Source: Clostridia bacterium
GTDB taxonomy: Bacteria; Bacillota; Clostridia; UMGS1883; UMGS1540
Assembly: GCA_029006755.1 (NCBI GenBank)
Contig: JAQXGO010000060.1
Location: 1-58,546 of the forward strand
Reading direction: 5' to 3'
Length of the DNA stretch: 58,546 nucleotides
In this document: in pieces, positions 1 to 10,480 of the stretch
How the letters are laid out: each line of letters opens with the position of its first letter
How positions within the stretch are numbered: position 1 is the first letter of the stretch
The notes under the pieces: generated by a model
What the model was told of the DNA's origin: nothing
Seen by the model: only the letters and a program-made list of their open reading frames with translations
Databases searched by the model: none
Translations under genes and position numbers: made by a program

Positions 1-1
1 T

Positions 2-226
2 AAGATGCATGAGGGTGACACCGGTTCCCCTGAAGTGCAGATTGCATTACTGACAGAGAGAATCAATCATTTGAATGAGCATCTGAAGGTACACAAGAAG
101 GATCATCATTCAAGACGCGGTCTTCTCATGATGGTTGGTCAGCGGCGTGGTCTTTTGAACTATCTGATGAAGAAAGATATCACAAGATATCGTGAACTCA
201 TCGCAAAACTTGGCCTTAGAAAGTAA
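2..226 (+). CDS. rpsO: 30S ribosomal protein S15, 5' end cut by the window edge
   Basis: Translation ([40 protein letters not shown]...) is the conserved S15 core. The frame stays open to base 2. A terminator hairpin and pnp follow, the usual rpsO-pnp synteny. Confidence 0.9.
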   Translation, partial: KMHEGDTGSPEVQIALLTERINHLNEHLKVHKKDHHSRRGLLMMVGQRRGLLNYLMKKDITRYRELIAKLGLRK

Positions 227-233
227 CAAATTG

Positions 234-273
234 GCTTGCCGCAGAGGAAACTTTGCGGCAAGCTTTGTTATTT
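234..273 (+). terminator. Rho-independent terminator after rpsO
   Basis: Perfect 10-bp stem GCTTGCCGCA (234-243) / TGCGGCAAGC (254-263) with a 10-nt loop, followed by TTTGTTATTT. Confidence 0.8.
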
Positions 274-394
274 CTAAAGCCCATCAAGGATGGCTGTCGG
301 TGCTTTAGCGTTTATATAATCGCTTTCTTTTAGAGAACGCTTATATAAGTGCTAAGACCCGGCGGCCGAAGTATAAAATTTTGGAGGTTATGAA

Positions 395-2476
395 ATGGAA
401 AGAAAATTTCAAACTACACTGGCGGGTCGCCCACTTGTATTTGAAACCGGTAAATTAGCACAGCTTGCAAGCGGTTCGGTTTTGGTCCGCTATGGCGATA
501 CGGTTGTCATGGCAACCGCTACAATGTCTGCAAAGCCGAGAGAGGGGATAGATTTTTTCCCGCTTTCTGTTGATTATGAGGAAAAACTTTATGCAGTAGG
601 CAAAATTCCCGGCGGATTTATCCGCAGAGAGGGAAAGCCTTCTGAAAAGGCTATTTTGGCCTCTCGTGTTATTGACAGACCTATCCGTCCGCTTTTTCCG
701 TCTGATCTTAGAAATGATGTAACGGTTATTACGACCGTTATGTCTGTAGAACAGGATAACTCACCGGAAATTGCTGCTATGATCGGTGCTTCTGCCGCAA
801 TCTGCATTTCGGATATTCCTTTTGCAGGCCCGATTGCCGGTGTGCAGGTTGGCCTTGTAGATGGTGAACTGATTATAAATCCGACGTTGGAACAGCGCGC
901 AAAGAGTACATTGCAGCTGACAGTTGCCGGCACGATGGAAAAGGTAAACATGATTGAAGCCGGCGCCCATGAAGTGCCGGAGGATATTATGCTGAAGGCT
1001 ATTTTGCTCGCCCATGAAGAAATCAAAAAGATTTGTGCATTTATAAAAGAGATTGCCGCAGAGGTTGGCAAGGCAAAGCGTGAATATGAGCATATTGTTG
1101 TAGAGGAATCCCTTTTTGAAGAAGTAAAGGCACTTTTCTCCGATAAGGTAAAGGCAGCATTGGATACCAATGACAAAACAGTGCGTGACGAGAGATTAAA
1201 GCCCGTTTATGAAGAAGTATACGAAAAGTTTGCAGATAGGGAAATCGAACCAGCTGCACTGGATGCTGTGATGTACAAGCTACAGAAATACATTGTTCGT
1301 CGCTGGATTTTGGACGAAGGCAAGCGTGTGGACGGCAGAGGTCTTTTTGATATTCGCCCGTTGGCAGCAGAGGTTGGCCTCCTGCCGCGTGTACATGGCT
1401 CAGGTCTCTTTACGCGCGGACAAACGCAGGTTATGTCTATTGTCACTTTAGGCGCTATGGGTGATATGCAGATGCTGGACGGCATTGATACAGATGAGTA
1501 TAAGCGTTACATGCATCATTATAATTTCCCATCATACAGCGTTGGCGAAACCAGACCTTCTCGCGGCCCCGGCAGACGTGAAATCGGACATGGTGCTTTA
1601 GCAGAACGCGCACTGGAGCCGGTGATTCCCAGTGAGGCTGAGTTCCCCTATGCTATCCGTGTGGTTTCTGAGGTACTTAGTTCCAACGGTTCCACTTCTC
1701 AGGGTAGTGTTTGCGGCAGCACACTGGCATTGATGGATGCAGGTGTACCGATTAAGGCGCCGGTTGCCGGCATTTCTTGCGGTCTTGTTACGGAGGGTGA
1801 TCGCTTTATCACCATGACGGATATTCAGGGCCTGGAAGACTTTTTTGGCGATATGGACTTTAAGGTTGCCGGCACCAAGAAGGGGATTACAGCGATTCAG
1901 GTAGATATTAAAATAGACGGTCTTACACCGGAAATCATTGAGCGTGCATTGGCCCAGACAAGGGAAGCACGAATTAAGATTTTAGATGAAATTATGCTGC
2001 CATGCATTGGACAGCACCGCGAACAGCTTTCGCCGTATGCGCCGAAGATTTTGACTATGAATATTGATGTGGACAAAATTCGTGACGTTATTGGTACAGG
2101 CGGTAAGGTCATTCAGAAGATTATAGCGGAAACAGGCGTTAAAATTGATATTGAAGATGACGGCAGAGTATTCATTGCGACTGTTGACCTTGCAGCAGGC
2201 GAAAAGGCAATGCGCATTATCAAGGGGATTGTAAGCGATGTCGAACCCGGTCAGGAATTTACCGGCAAGGTCGTTCGCATTATGAACTTTGGCGCATTCG
2301 TTGAATTTTTGCCGGGCAAGGATGGCCTTGTGCATATCTCCAAGCTGGACAAAAAACGCGTGGAGAAGGTAGAGGACGTTGTCAATATCGGAGATACAAT
2401 AGACGTTCGCGTCATAGAGGTTGATAAGATGGGCAGAATCAATCTTGCCAGAATTTTACCAAAGGAAGATCAGTAA
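395..2476 (+). CDS. pnp: Polynucleotide phosphorylase (PNPase)
   Basis: 693 aa with duplicated RNase PH cores, a KH region and a C-terminal S1 domain ([28 protein letters not shown]). GGAGG RBS upstream. Lies downstream of rpsO. Confidence 0.97.
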   Translation: MERKFQTTLAGRPLVFETGKLAQLASGSVLVRYGDTVVMATATMSAKPREGIDFFPLSVDYEEKLYAVGKIPGGFIRREGKPSEKAILASRVIDRPIRPLFPSDLRNDVTVITTVMSVEQDNSPEIAAMIGASAAICISDIPFAGPIAGVQVGLVDGELIINPTLEQRAKSTLQLTVAGTMEKVNMIEAGAHEVPEDIMLKAILLAHEEIKKICAFIKEIAAEVGKAKREYEHIVVEESLFEEVKALFSDKVKAALDTNDKTVRDERLKPVYEEVYEKFADREIEPAALDAVMYKLQKYIVRRWILDEGKRVDGRGLFDIRPLAAEVGLLPRVHGSGLFTRGQTQVMSIVTLGAMGDMQMLDGIDTDEYKRYMHHYNFPSYSVGETRPSRGPGRREIGHGALAERALEPVIPSEAEFPYAIRVVSEVLSSNGSTSQGSVCGSTLALMDAGVPIKAPVAGISCGLVTEGDRFITMTDIQGLEDFFGDMDFKVAGTKKGITAIQVDIKIDGLTPEIIERALAQTREARIKILDEIMLPCIGQHREQLSPYAPKILTMNIDVDKIRDVIGTGGKVIQKIIAETGVKIDIEDDGRVFIATVDLAAGEKAMRIIKGIVSDVEPGQEFTGKVVRIMNFGAFVEFLPGKDGLVHISKLDKKRVEKVEDVVNIGDTIDVRVIEVDKMGRINLARILPKEDQ

Positions 2477-3688
2477 TTGGAATTTCAACTTGCAAACGGT
2501 CTAAGAGTTGTCTGCGCGCATATGCCTTATATGCGTTCTGTGGCTGTAGGTGTTTTTGTAGGTGTTGGTTCTCGTATGGAAACAGAAAGGGAGAATGGCA
2601 TCAGTCATTTTATTGAGCATATGCTCTTTAAAGGCACAAAACGGCGTTCGGCACAAGAAATTGCTTGTGAAATGGATGCTATTGGCGGCAACTTAAACGC
2701 CTACACCACCCGAGAATATACATGTTTTTACGCAAAGGCGGTACAAGAGGAGATCGAAAGGCTTTTCGATATTCTGTCTGATATGTGTCTGTCATCCGTT
2801 TTTGCACCAAGGGATATTGAGCTTGAACGCAGTGTGATTCTGGAAGAAATCAATATGTATGAAGACTCGCCGGAGGATGTTGTGCTCGAGATGCTTTCGC
2901 GGAATGCTTGGGGAGAAAACGCCTTAGGGCGCAGCATTGCAGGTAAGACACAGACGGTAAGTGCTATTACAGGTCAGGAAATTAAAGGTTTTTGGGAAAC
3001 GTATTACCAGGGTGCAAATACTGTGGTGTCTGTTGCGGGCAATTTTGATGTGGCGTTAGTCGAACGGCTGGCAAAGCAATATTTTGGCGGTATGGGCACA
3101 GGGCATTGTGCGCAGTATCAACCGGCACAGTTTGACGCAACACATGCTACAAGAGAAAAGGATATTGAGCAGACCCATTATGCGATTGCTTATCCCGGTG
3201 TATCTCAGAATGCGCCGGAGCGGTATAGCATGGCAGTACTTGCCAATGCTTTTGGCGGCGGTATGTCGTCTAGGCTTTTTCAAAAAATCCGTGAAGAGAA
3301 AGGGCTTGTCTATTCTGTTTATGCCGCACCGGATGCATTTCGATATGAAGGTATGCTGATGGTCTACGCAGGCATGTCCCCGGAGCATACAGAACAGGTG
3401 CAAACGCTGATACAGGAAGAAGTGGAAGATGTTGCGAACAACGGGCTGACGCATGAGGAAGTCATTCGCGGTATCAGCCAACTGAAAAGCGGATATGTTA
3501 TGGGGCTTGAAAGTGTGAGCGGCCGTATGCAATCGCTCGGGCGAAGTATTCTTCTGTATGGCACAGCAAAGACAGAAGAAGAGGTTTTAGCCGGTATAGC
3601 CGGTGTTACAGAGGACGAAGTCCGTTTGTTAGCAAAAAAAGTTTTCACGGCAGACTTTGCAGAGGCTTTGGTTTGCCCGAAGAAATAG
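2477..3688 (+). CDS. M16-family zinc peptidase (pitrilysin-like)
   Basis: 403 aa with the inverted zinc motif [11 protein letters not shown] (HxxEH). The TTG start directly abuts the pnp stop, with AAGGAAG 8 nt upstream. Confidence 0.85.
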   Translation: MEFQLANGLRVVCAHMPYMRSVAVGVFVGVGSRMETERENGISHFIEHMLFKGTKRRSAQEIACEMDAIGGNLNAYTTREYTCFYAKAVQEEIERLFDILSDMCLSSVFAPRDIELERSVILEEINMYEDSPEDVVLEMLSRNAWGENALGRSIAGKTQTVSAITGQEIKGFWETYYQGANTVVSVAGNFDVALVERLAKQYFGGMGTGHCAQYQPAQFDATHATREKDIEQTHYAIAYPGVSQNAPERYSMAVLANAFGGGMSSRLFQKIREEKGLVYSVYAAPDAFRYEGMLMVYAGMSPEHTEQVQTLIQEEVEDVANNGLTHEEVIRGISQLKSGYVMGLESVSGRMQSLGRSILLYGTAKTEEEVLAGIAGVTEDEVRLLAKKVFTADFAEALVCPKK

Positions 3689-3704
3689 AAAGGATAGAAC
3701 CGAT

Positions 3705-5096
3705 ATGCTAAATGCAGAAAAAACAATGGAAAAGATTGTAAATCTATGCAAAGGAAGAGGCTTTGTATATCCCGGTTCCGAAATTTACGGCGGTCTTTCA
3801 AATGCATGGGATTACGGCCCTTTAGGTGTAGAATTTAAGAATAATATCAAAAAAGCTTGGTGGAAAAAGTTTATTACAGAATCCAAGTACAATGTCGGTC
3901 TTGATGCGGCAATTTTAATGAATCCGCAGGTTTGGGTAGCCAGCGGCCATGTTGGCGGCTTTAGTGACCCGCTTATGGATTGCAGAGAATGTAAAGCACG
4001 TTATCGCGCAGACAAGCTGATTGAGGACTACATGGCAGAGAATGGCGAAAGCGAAACCGTAGATGGGTGGAGCAATGAGAAAATGCTGGCCTATATTCGG
4101 GACAAGGAGATTCCATGCCCGAAGTGCGGTAAACATAATTTTACAGATATTCGTAAGTTTAATCTGATGTATAAGACCTTTCAGGGGGTAACAGAAGATT
4201 CCTCTTCAGAGCTTTACATGCGCCCGGAAACAGCACAGGGCATCTTTGTAAACTTTAAAAATGTACAGCGTACAACGAGAAAAAAGGTTCCTTTTGGGAT
4301 CGGACAGATCGGGAAGTCCTTCCGGAATGAAATTACACCCGGCACCTTTATTTTCCGTATTCGCGAATTTGAGCAAATGGAACTGGAATTCTTCTGCAAA
4401 CCCGGCGAGGATTTAAAATGGTTTGCATATTGGAAGGATTTTTGTAAAAATTGGCTGTTGTCTCTTGGAATTCGGGAAGAAAATCTTAAACTGCGTGATC
4501 ATTCGCAGGAAGAACTTTCTCATTATTCTAATGCGACAACGGATATTGAATTTATGTTCCCCTTTGGTTGGGGAGAGCTTTGGGGCATTGCAGACAGAAC
4601 TGACTTTGACTTAAAGCAGCATGCGGCACATTCCGGAGAAACGTTGGATTATATGGATCCGGTAACGAACGAAAAATATGTTCCGTATTGTATCGAGCCT
4701 TCTCTTGGTGCCGACCGTGTCACATTGGCATTTTTAGTAGATGCGTATGATGAGGAAGCTTTGGAGGGCGGTGATGTCCGTACGGTACTTCGCCTGCATC
4801 CTGCGCTTGCACCGATTAAAGCAGCTGTTCTGCCTCTTTCCAAAAAACTTTCGGAGGGTGCCGAGGAACTGTATGAGGCACTTTCTAAGAAGTTTATGTG
4901 TGAGTATGATGAGGCCGGCAGTATTGGTAAGCGGTACAGAAGACAGGACGAAATTGGGACGCCTTTCTGCATCACCTATGATTTTGACAGCGTAGAGGAT
5001 AAGAGCGTAACCGTTCGTCATCGCGATTCTATGGAACAGGAACGCGTGAAAATTGAAGATTTAGAAGCATATCTGGAGAAGTATTTCGTATTCTAA
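3705..5096 (+). CDS. glyQS: Glycine--tRNA ligase (alpha2 type)
   Basis: Class II aaRS motifs ([25 protein letters not shown]) and an N-terminus [14 protein letters not shown] typical of GlyQS. The track start at 3657 overlaps the M16 gene. ATG 3705 follows an AAAGGA RBS. Confidence 0.93.
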   Translation: MLNAEKTMEKIVNLCKGRGFVYPGSEIYGGLSNAWDYGPLGVEFKNNIKKAWWKKFITESKYNVGLDAAILMNPQVWVASGHVGGFSDPLMDCRECKARYRADKLIEDYMAENGESETVDGWSNEKMLAYIRDKEIPCPKCGKHNFTDIRKFNLMYKTFQGVTEDSSSELYMRPETAQGIFVNFKNVQRTTRKKVPFGIGQIGKSFRNEITPGTFIFRIREFEQMELEFFCKPGEDLKWFAYWKDFCKNWLLSLGIREENLKLRDHSQEELSHYSNATTDIEFMFPFGWGELWGIADRTDFDLKQHAAHSGETLDYMDPVTNEKYVPYCIEPSLGADRVTLAFLVDAYDEEALEGGDVRTVLRLHPALAPIKAAVLPLSKKLSEGAEELYEALSKKFMCEYDEAGSIGKRYRRQDEIGTPFCITYDFDSVEDKSVTVRHRDSMEQERVKIEDLEAYLEKYFVF

Positions 5097-5131
5097 AGTA
5101 TAAGCAAACTTAGAACGGAAGGAAGGTAGCT

Positions 5132-6838
5132 ATGAACTATCTGGAGAAATATAATAAATGGCTTGCATACGATAAAATGGATGACGAGATAAAATTAGAG
5201 TTAATAGCCATCGGAGACGATGAACAGGAAATCAAGGAGCGCTTTCTTTCTGACATGCAGTTCGGTACAGCCGGCTTGCGCGGCATACTCGGCGCGGGAA
5301 CGAACAGAATGAATGTTTATACTGTAAGAAAAGCAACACAAGGTCTTGCTCTTTATATTAAGGAAAAAGGCGGCGAAAGCAGGGGCGCAGTCATTGCCTA
5401 TGATAGCCGGCATTACTCACCCGAGTTTGCAATGAAAACAGCACAGGTTTTGGCAGGAAATGGGATTCGCGTATATTTATTTGAAAGTCTTCGTCCAACA
5501 CCGGAACTGAGCTTTGCTGTGCGGCATTTGGGTTGTGAGGCAGGCGTTGTGATTACGGCCAGCCATAACCCTGCAAACTACAATGGGTACAAGGTGTATG
5601 GCAGCGATGGCGGACAGCTGGAAGGCGCAGCCGCAGACTATGTGTTTGAGAAGATGGAAAGCATTGATATTTTTGATGATATTGTTGAAGCAGAGAAAGA
5701 TAGCCCACTCATCAAGATGATTAGCGATGAGGTAGACATACCTTATTATGAGGCAGTTTTGTCTCAAAGGATTCATACAGATATTGCAAAGGCGGCCGGG
5801 GAACTGAAAATTGTTTACACGCCGTTTCATGGTGCAGGTGCTGTGCCGGTTAAAGAGGTCCTTCGACGAGCCGGATTTAAAATGGTGTATGTAGTACCTG
5901 AGCAGGAACAGCCGGATGGCGCATTTCCTACTGTAAAAAGTCCGAACCCGGAGGATAAAGAAGGCTTTGCTATGGCCATAGAACTGGCTGACAAAATGGG
6001 GGCAGACTTAATCATTGGTACAGATCCGGACTCTGACCGTGTAGGCGTTTTGGCAAGAGATACAAATGGTTCTTTTGTAGCCCTGACGGGCAACATGACA
6101 GGCGTGTTGTTAACAGAGTATATTTTATCCCAAAAAACAGGCCTTGGCCTTCTGCCAAAGAATCCGTATGTGGTGAAAACAATTGTCACCAGTGAAATGG
6201 TTCGCGCTGTTACGGACTATTATGGTGTAGAATTGGTTGATGTATTAACCGGCTTTAAATATATCGCAGACACCATAAAGGTGCATGAAGAAAAGGGCGA
6301 TATGAATTATGTGTTCGGTTTTGAAGAAAGCTACGGATATTTAGTCGGCGGGTATGCAAGAGATAAGGATGCGGTTTCTGCTTCCTTGATTATTGCAGAA
6401 ATGGCGGCATGGTATCAAAGCCGAGGGATGACATTGTGCGATGTCATGCGGGAACTCTATGCGAAATATGGCGTGTACAAGGAATGGACAAAGAATATTT
6501 ATTTAGAAGGTGCTGAAGGCGCTGAAAAAATAAAGACAATTATGGAAAATCTGCGGCATAAGGTGCCGGAAACCATTGGATGGTCTAAGGTGGTTGCCTA
6601 CTCTGACTTTAGCACAGGCAAGCACTACAATCTTCTTGAAGAAACGGAGGAACCGGTTCAACTGCCGAAATCCAACGTATTGCGTTTTGAACTGGAAGAT
6701 AAAAGCTGGGTGGCCTTCCGGCCTTCCGGCACGGAACCAAAGCTGAAGGTATACGCTGGCGTGGCGAGGGGGAATATCGATGCCAAAATCAGCGCAATCT
6801 CGGAAAGTGTTTCGGAGCTTCTCTGCATAGGAGGATAA
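5132..6838 (+). CDS. Phospho-sugar mutase (phosphoglucomutase/phosphomannomutase family)
   Basis: 568 aa with the active-site phosphoserine loop ITASHNPANYNGYK and a metal loop GTDPDSDR. Confidence 0.9.
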   Translation: MNYLEKYNKWLAYDKMDDEIKLELIAIGDDEQEIKERFLSDMQFGTAGLRGILGAGTNRMNVYTVRKATQGLALYIKEKGGESRGAVIAYDSRHYSPEFAMKTAQVLAGNGIRVYLFESLRPTPELSFAVRHLGCEAGVVITASHNPANYNGYKVYGSDGGQLEGAAADYVFEKMESIDIFDDIVEAEKDSPLIKMISDEVDIPYYEAVLSQRIHTDIAKAAGELKIVYTPFHGAGAVPVKEVLRRAGFKMVYVVPEQEQPDGAFPTVKSPNPEDKEGFAMAIELADKMGADLIIGTDPDSDRVGVLARDTNGSFVALTGNMTGVLLTEYILSQKTGLGLLPKNPYVVKTIVTSEMVRAVTDYYGVELVDVLTGFKYIADTIKVHEEKGDMNYVFGFEESYGYLVGGYARDKDAVSASLIIAEMAAWYQSRGMTLCDVMRELYAKYGVYKEWTKNIYLEGAEGAEKIKTIMENLRHKVPETIGWSKVVAYSDFSTGKHYNLLEETEEPVQLPKSNVLRFELEDKSWVAFRPSGTEPKLKVYAGVARGNIDAKISAISESVSELLCIGG

Positions 6839-6839
6839 A

Positions 6840-7088
6840 ATGCGTATTGATAAATTCTTAAAGGTTTCTCGTTTGATAAAGCGGCGTACGGTGGCTAATG
6901 AGGCTTGCGGTGCCGGGCGTGTCAGCATTGGCGGCAAGGCAGTAAAGGCAGGCGCGGATGTGAAAATCGGAGATGTAGTGGAGATTGGTTTTGGAGAGAA
7001 AAAAATCCGCCTTCGGGTTTTGTCTCTCAGCGAGCATGTGACCAAGGAAGCGGCTTCCTCCATGTATGAAATTATTGGTGAGAACTAA
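6840..7088 (+). CDS. rqcP: S4-domain RNA-binding protein, YabO/RqcP-like (ribosome quality control)
   Basis: 82 aa. MRIDKFLKVSRLIKRRT...G.V.I.G...K closely resembles Bacillus subtilis YabO/RqcP as I remember it. GGAGGA RBS. Confidence 0.75.
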   Translation: MRIDKFLKVSRLIKRRTVANEACGAGRVSIGGKAVKAGADVKIGDVVEIGFGEKKIRLRVLSLSEHVTKEAASSMYEIIGEN

Positions 7089-7094
7089 AAGGAG

Positions 7095-7134
7095 AGAGCT
7101 TCTTTTCGCGATGAAGCGTAAAGAAGCTCTTTTT
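7095..7134 (+). terminator. Rho-independent terminator ending the pnp...rqcP transcription unit
   Basis: 11-bp perfect stem AGAGCTTCTTT (7095-7105) / AAAGAAGCTCT (7120-7130), followed by TTTTCTAATTTT. Confidence 0.8.
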
Positions 7135-7176
7135 CTAATTTTCATGCAAAAAATTCGACAAAATCAATAAAAGCTA

Positions 7177-7205
7177 TTGACAAATGGTACAGAATGTGCT
7201 TTAAT
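7177..7205 (+). promoter_or_regulatory. Sigma-A type promoter for the XRE-cupin regulator / pot operon
   Basis: TTGACA (7177-7182), 17-nt spacer, TTTAAT (7200-7205) preceded by a TGc extended -10. Confidence 0.6.
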
Positions 7206-7212
7206 AGTATAC

Positions 7213-7229
7213 GTTTACAAAAAGTAAAC
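7213..7229. promoter_or_regulatory. Candidate operator: perfect inverted repeat GTTTAC-N5-GTAAAC
   Basis: GTTTAC (7213-7218) AAAAA GTAAAC (7224-7229) begins about 8 nt after the -10 box, over the predicted transcription start. The adjacent gene encodes an HTH regulator. Confidence 0.45.
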
Positions 7230-7277
7230 AAAAAGTATATTTTCTTTAAATTCCCATAATATGGAAGTGACGATCGT

Positions 7278-7823
7278 ATGATCAAAATTGGCGATAAAAT
7301 TAGGAACTTGCGGCTTAAGAATAATTTAACGCAATCGGAGCTTGGAAATCGTTGCGATTTAACCAAAGGTTTTATTTCACAGCTCGAAGCGGATAACACG
7401 TCCCCCTCGCTTTCAACACTTGAGGATATTTTGCGTTGTTTAGGCACAAGCTTTCAGGAATTTTTCAGCGATGAGAAACGTGAAAAACTGGTGTATACGG
7501 ACGAGGATGTTATTATAAAAGATTTTGGAGATAAACGTGTGTTTTGGTTAGTGTCTGATGCACAGAAAAATGAGATGGAGCCTGTCTTGATTGAACTTTC
7601 ATGCGGCGCCGAAACGGCGGCAGAGCCGCCGCATGCAGGAGAAGAGTTTGGGTATGTTTTAGGGGGCACTATTTCTGTTGTTATTGGCGATGTCCATTAT
7701 AAAGCAAAGAAGGGCGAAAGCTTTTATTTTCAGGCCAGAACGCCGCATTATATTAAAAACATTGGCAAGTCTGCGGCAAAAGTATTATGGGTATCGAACC
7801 CGCCAACTTTTTCGTTTGGATAA
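7278..7823 (+). CDS. XRE-family HTH + cupin transcriptional regulator (PuuR-like architecture)
   Basis: 181 aa. N-terminal HTH_3 (IRNLRLKNNLTQSELGNRCDLTKGFISQLE) and C-terminal cupin (GEEFGYVLGGTISVVIGDVHYKAKKGESFYF). Lies immediately upstream of the polyamine transporter genes. Confidence 0.85.
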   Translation: MIKIGDKIRNLRLKNNLTQSELGNRCDLTKGFISQLEADNTSPSLSTLEDILRCLGTSFQEFFSDEKREKLVYTDEDVIIKDFGDKRVFWLVSDAQKNEMEPVLIELSCGAETAAEPPHAGEEFGYVLGGTISVVIGDVHYKAKKGESFYFQARTPHYIKNIGKSAAKVLWVSNPPTFSFG

Positions 7824-7834
7824 GGAAGGATAAA

Positions 7835-8653
7835 ATGAAGAAAACGCTGCATTATATTGCACTTATACCATTCTTAATATGGATGATTCTGCTCATTATA
7901 GTACCGCTTTTTTTGGTAGCTTACTATGGGTTTACGGAGGACGGCAATTTTTCGCTTACGCACTTTCAACAGTTTTTTCGGCCGGACTATTTAAAGGTTT
8001 TGTGGCGTTCGCTGTATCTTGCGTTGGTGTCGACAGTGGTATGTCTTTTCATTGGGTATCCCGTATCCATGATTCTGTCCGGGAAAACCTTTCGAAAGAA
8101 AACATTGCTTGTCGTGCTTTTGATTGCGCCCATGTGGATGAATTTTTTGCTCCGGACCTATGCATGGCTTACACTTTTGGAAGGAAACGGCATTATCAAT
8201 GCCCTGTTACAGGTGATTGGCTTGCCGAAGCAGATTTTCTTAGGAAAGGCCGGCACGGTGGTATTTGGTATGGTGTATAACTTTCTTCCATATATGATTT
8301 TTCCAATTTACACTTCTATCAGCAAAATTCCGCGTAATCTGATTGAGGCAGCGCATGACTTAGGTGGGAACGGTGTAACCTGCTTTTTCCGCATTATTTT
8401 ACCTTTAAGCGTGCCGGGCATCCTGTCCGGCGTTACAATGGTATTTGTACCCGGAGTGACAACCTTTGTAATTTCACAATATTTGGGCAGCGGTAAAATC
8501 ACACTGATTGGGGATATTATAGAGCAGCAGTTCCTGCACGCAGGCAACTGGGGCTTTGGTGCGGCAATTTCCATTATTGTCATGCTGGTTGTTGTGCTTT
8601 GTATGTGGATTGTAAATCGCTTTTCAGATGATCCGGGGGTGATGATGCCATAA
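7835..8653 (+). CDS. potB: Spermidine/putrescine ABC transporter permease
   Basis: Multi-pass membrane protein with the EAA loop EAAHDLGGNGVTCFFRIILP. The track start at 7787 overlaps the regulator. ATG 7835 follows AAGGAAGGA. Confidence 0.88.
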   Translation: MKKTLHYIALIPFLIWMILLIIVPLFLVAYYGFTEDGNFSLTHFQQFFRPDYLKVLWRSLYLALVSTVVCLFIGYPVSMILSGKTFRKKTLLVVLLIAPMWMNFLLRTYAWLTLLEGNGIINALLQVIGLPKQIFLGKAGTVVFGMVYNFLPYMIFPIYTSISKIPRNLIEAAHDLGGNGVTCFFRIILPLSVPGILSGVTMVFVPGVTTFVISQYLGSGKITLIGDIIEQQFLHAGNWGFGAAISIIVMLVVVLCMWIVNRFSDDPGVMMP

Positions 8654-9432
8654 TGAAAGCACTGAAAAAAGTATATTTTTATCTTGTTTTATTGTTTTTG
8701 TATGCGCCGATATTAACGCTTGTGGTTTTCTCATTTAACGATGCGAAATCGCGCGGGCGGTGGGGTGGATTCTCGCTTCGTTGGTATCAGGAACTTTTCC
8801 GGAGTTCCGATACCATGGATGCTTTGTTGACGACTGTACTTGTGGCGCTTTGTGCTGCAGTGATTTCTACTATTTTAGGGACTATTTCAGCCTTGGCATT
8901 GCATAAAAGCGGTACATTCTTCCGTAAGTCCATGCTGAATCTGACCTATTTGCCCATGATGAATTCTGATATCGTCACCGGTGTATCTTTAATGCTGCTT
9001 TTTACGTTTATGCATCTTGAACTTGGGTTTTTGACCCTTTTGCTGTCGCATATCACCTTTTGTATTCCTTACGTAATTCTGGCGGTGATGCCAAAGCTTT
9101 ATGGAATCAATCAAAATGTATATGAGGCGGCACTCGATCTCGGGGCGACGCAGATGGAGGCGTATAGAAAAATCATTCTTCCGGATATTTTGCCGGGCAT
9201 CATTTCTGGATTTTTAATTTCTGTCACGTTATCCATTGATGATTTTGTGATCAGCTTTTTCAACACGGGCAATGGCATAAAAAATATTTCCATTCTGGTG
9301 TATTCATCGAAAACAGGTGTGAAACCAGAAAATTACGCATTATCAGCGATTATGTTCGGAGCGGTGCTTGTGCTGCTTCTCATAATAAATTTAAAAGAAA
9401 AAAAGAAAGTAATTGAGGAGAGTGGAAAATGA
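8653..9432 (+). CDS. potC: Spermidine/putrescine ABC transporter permease
   Basis: 259 aa with the EAA loop EAALDLGATQMEAYRKIILP. TAATG overlap with potB. Confidence 0.88.
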   Translation: MKALKKVYFYLVLLFLYAPILTLVVFSFNDAKSRGRWGGFSLRWYQELFRSSDTMDALLTTVLVALCAAVISTILGTISALALHKSGTFFRKSMLNLTYLPMMNSDIVTGVSLMLLFTFMHLELGFLTLLLSHITFCIPYVILAVMPKLYGINQNVYEAALDLGATQMEAYRKIILPDILPGIISGFLISVTLSIDDFVISFFNTGNGIKNISILVYSSKTGVKPENYALSAIMFGAVLVLLLIINLKEKKKVIEESGK

Positions 9433-10466
9433 AAAAAACGGCATTGGTAATGGCATTGATTCTTTGTCTTGGTATGTTTGCGGGTTGTAGCGCAAAGAAT
9501 GAAAAAAAAGTGCTTCGGGTGTATAACTGGGGCGAATTTATTGACGAATCTGTTTTAGCGGATTTTGAAAAGCAGTATCCTGAATATCGCGTGCAATATG
9601 AAGTTTACACAGATAATGAAATTATGTATACAAAGATTAAGAACAGTACAACCAATTATGACGTGCTCTTTCCTTCCGATTACATGATTCAGCGTATGAT
9701 ACAGGAAGATATGCTTGCACCGTTGAATTTTGATAATATTCCGAATTACAGTAAGATCGGCGATTCCTTTAAAAACATGGATTTTGATCCCGAAAATAAA
9801 TACTCTGTTCCTTATATGTGGGGCGTTTTAGGAATTTTATATGATACTACAAAGGTACAGGAAGAACATTTTACATGGAATACAATGTTTGACAGTAAGT
9901 ATAAAGACAGTATTTTAATGAAGAAGGACATGCGTGATGCTTTGGGGGTATCTTTGAAAAGCTTAGGGTATTCTCTAAACAGCACCGACGAAGCAGAGCT
10001 TTCAGCTGCAAAGGATAAGTTGGTTGCACAGATGCCGAACGTACTTGGCTACACAAATGACGAGGCAATGGATAAAATGATTGCCGGCGAAGCACCGATG
10101 GCATTGCAATACGCCGGAGACGCTTTTTATTGCATGTCTGAAAATGAAGACCTTGCTTTCGCTGTGCCGGAAGACGGAACAAACTTGTTCTTTGATTCCA
10201 TGGTTATTCCGAAGAACAGCAAGAATAAAGAAATGGCAGAAAAGTTTATTAACTTTATGTGTGAAAAGGAAATTGCAAAACGAAATGCAGAAGAAATTGG
10301 ATACTTTACGCCAATTACCGAAGTAATGGATGCACTGGATGAGGAAACAAGAGCATTTTATCCAAAGCAGGAAATTTTGGATAAAGCAGAGGTGTATAAG
10401 TATTTGGGTGAAGAAGTAACGGGCAAGTATGAAAAGATTTGGAGCGAGTTTCAAGCATCGCTGTAA
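9429..10466 (+). CDS. potD: Spermidine/putrescine-binding lipoprotein
   Basis: 345 aa with a lipoprotein signal and lipobox (LGMFAGC). PotD/PotF-type solute-binding protein. ATGA overlap with potC. Confidence 0.88.
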   Translation: MKKTALVMALILCLGMFAGCSAKNEKKVLRVYNWGEFIDESVLADFEKQYPEYRVQYEVYTDNEIMYTKIKNSTTNYDVLFPSDYMIQRMIQEDMLAPLNFDNIPNYSKIGDSFKNMDFDPENKYSVPYMWGVLGILYDTTKVQEEHFTWNTMFDSKYKDSILMKKDMRDALGVSLKSLGYSLNSTDEAELSAAKDKLVAQMPNVLGYTNDEAMDKMIAGEAPMALQYAGDAFYCMSENEDLAFAVPEDGTNLFFDSMVIPKNSKNKEMAEKFINFMCEKEIAKRNAEEIGYFTPITEVMDALDEETRAFYPKQEILDKAEVYKYLGEEVTGKYEKIWSEFQASL

Positions 10467-10480
10467 GTGAGGGAAGTGTT

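Noticed and set aside
3657-3704. N-terminal extensions in the ORF track (3657, 7787, 10439, 14230, 15930, 18084, 20047, 22608, 23303, 27237, 35160, 35821, 40879, 43848, 45672, 47103, 54292).
   Set aside because: The extensions overlap the upstream gene, lack an RBS, and add residues absent from the conserved N-termini of the families. An internal start with a GGAGG-type RBS fits better in each case. Exact starts remain predictions.
7142-7447. 101-aa minus-strand ORF spanning the terminator, promoter and operator region and the 5' end of the XRE-cupin gene.
   Set aside because: It covers a region better explained by a terminator, a consensus promoter and the plus-strand regulator. It has no RBS and a low-complexity AT-driven translation.
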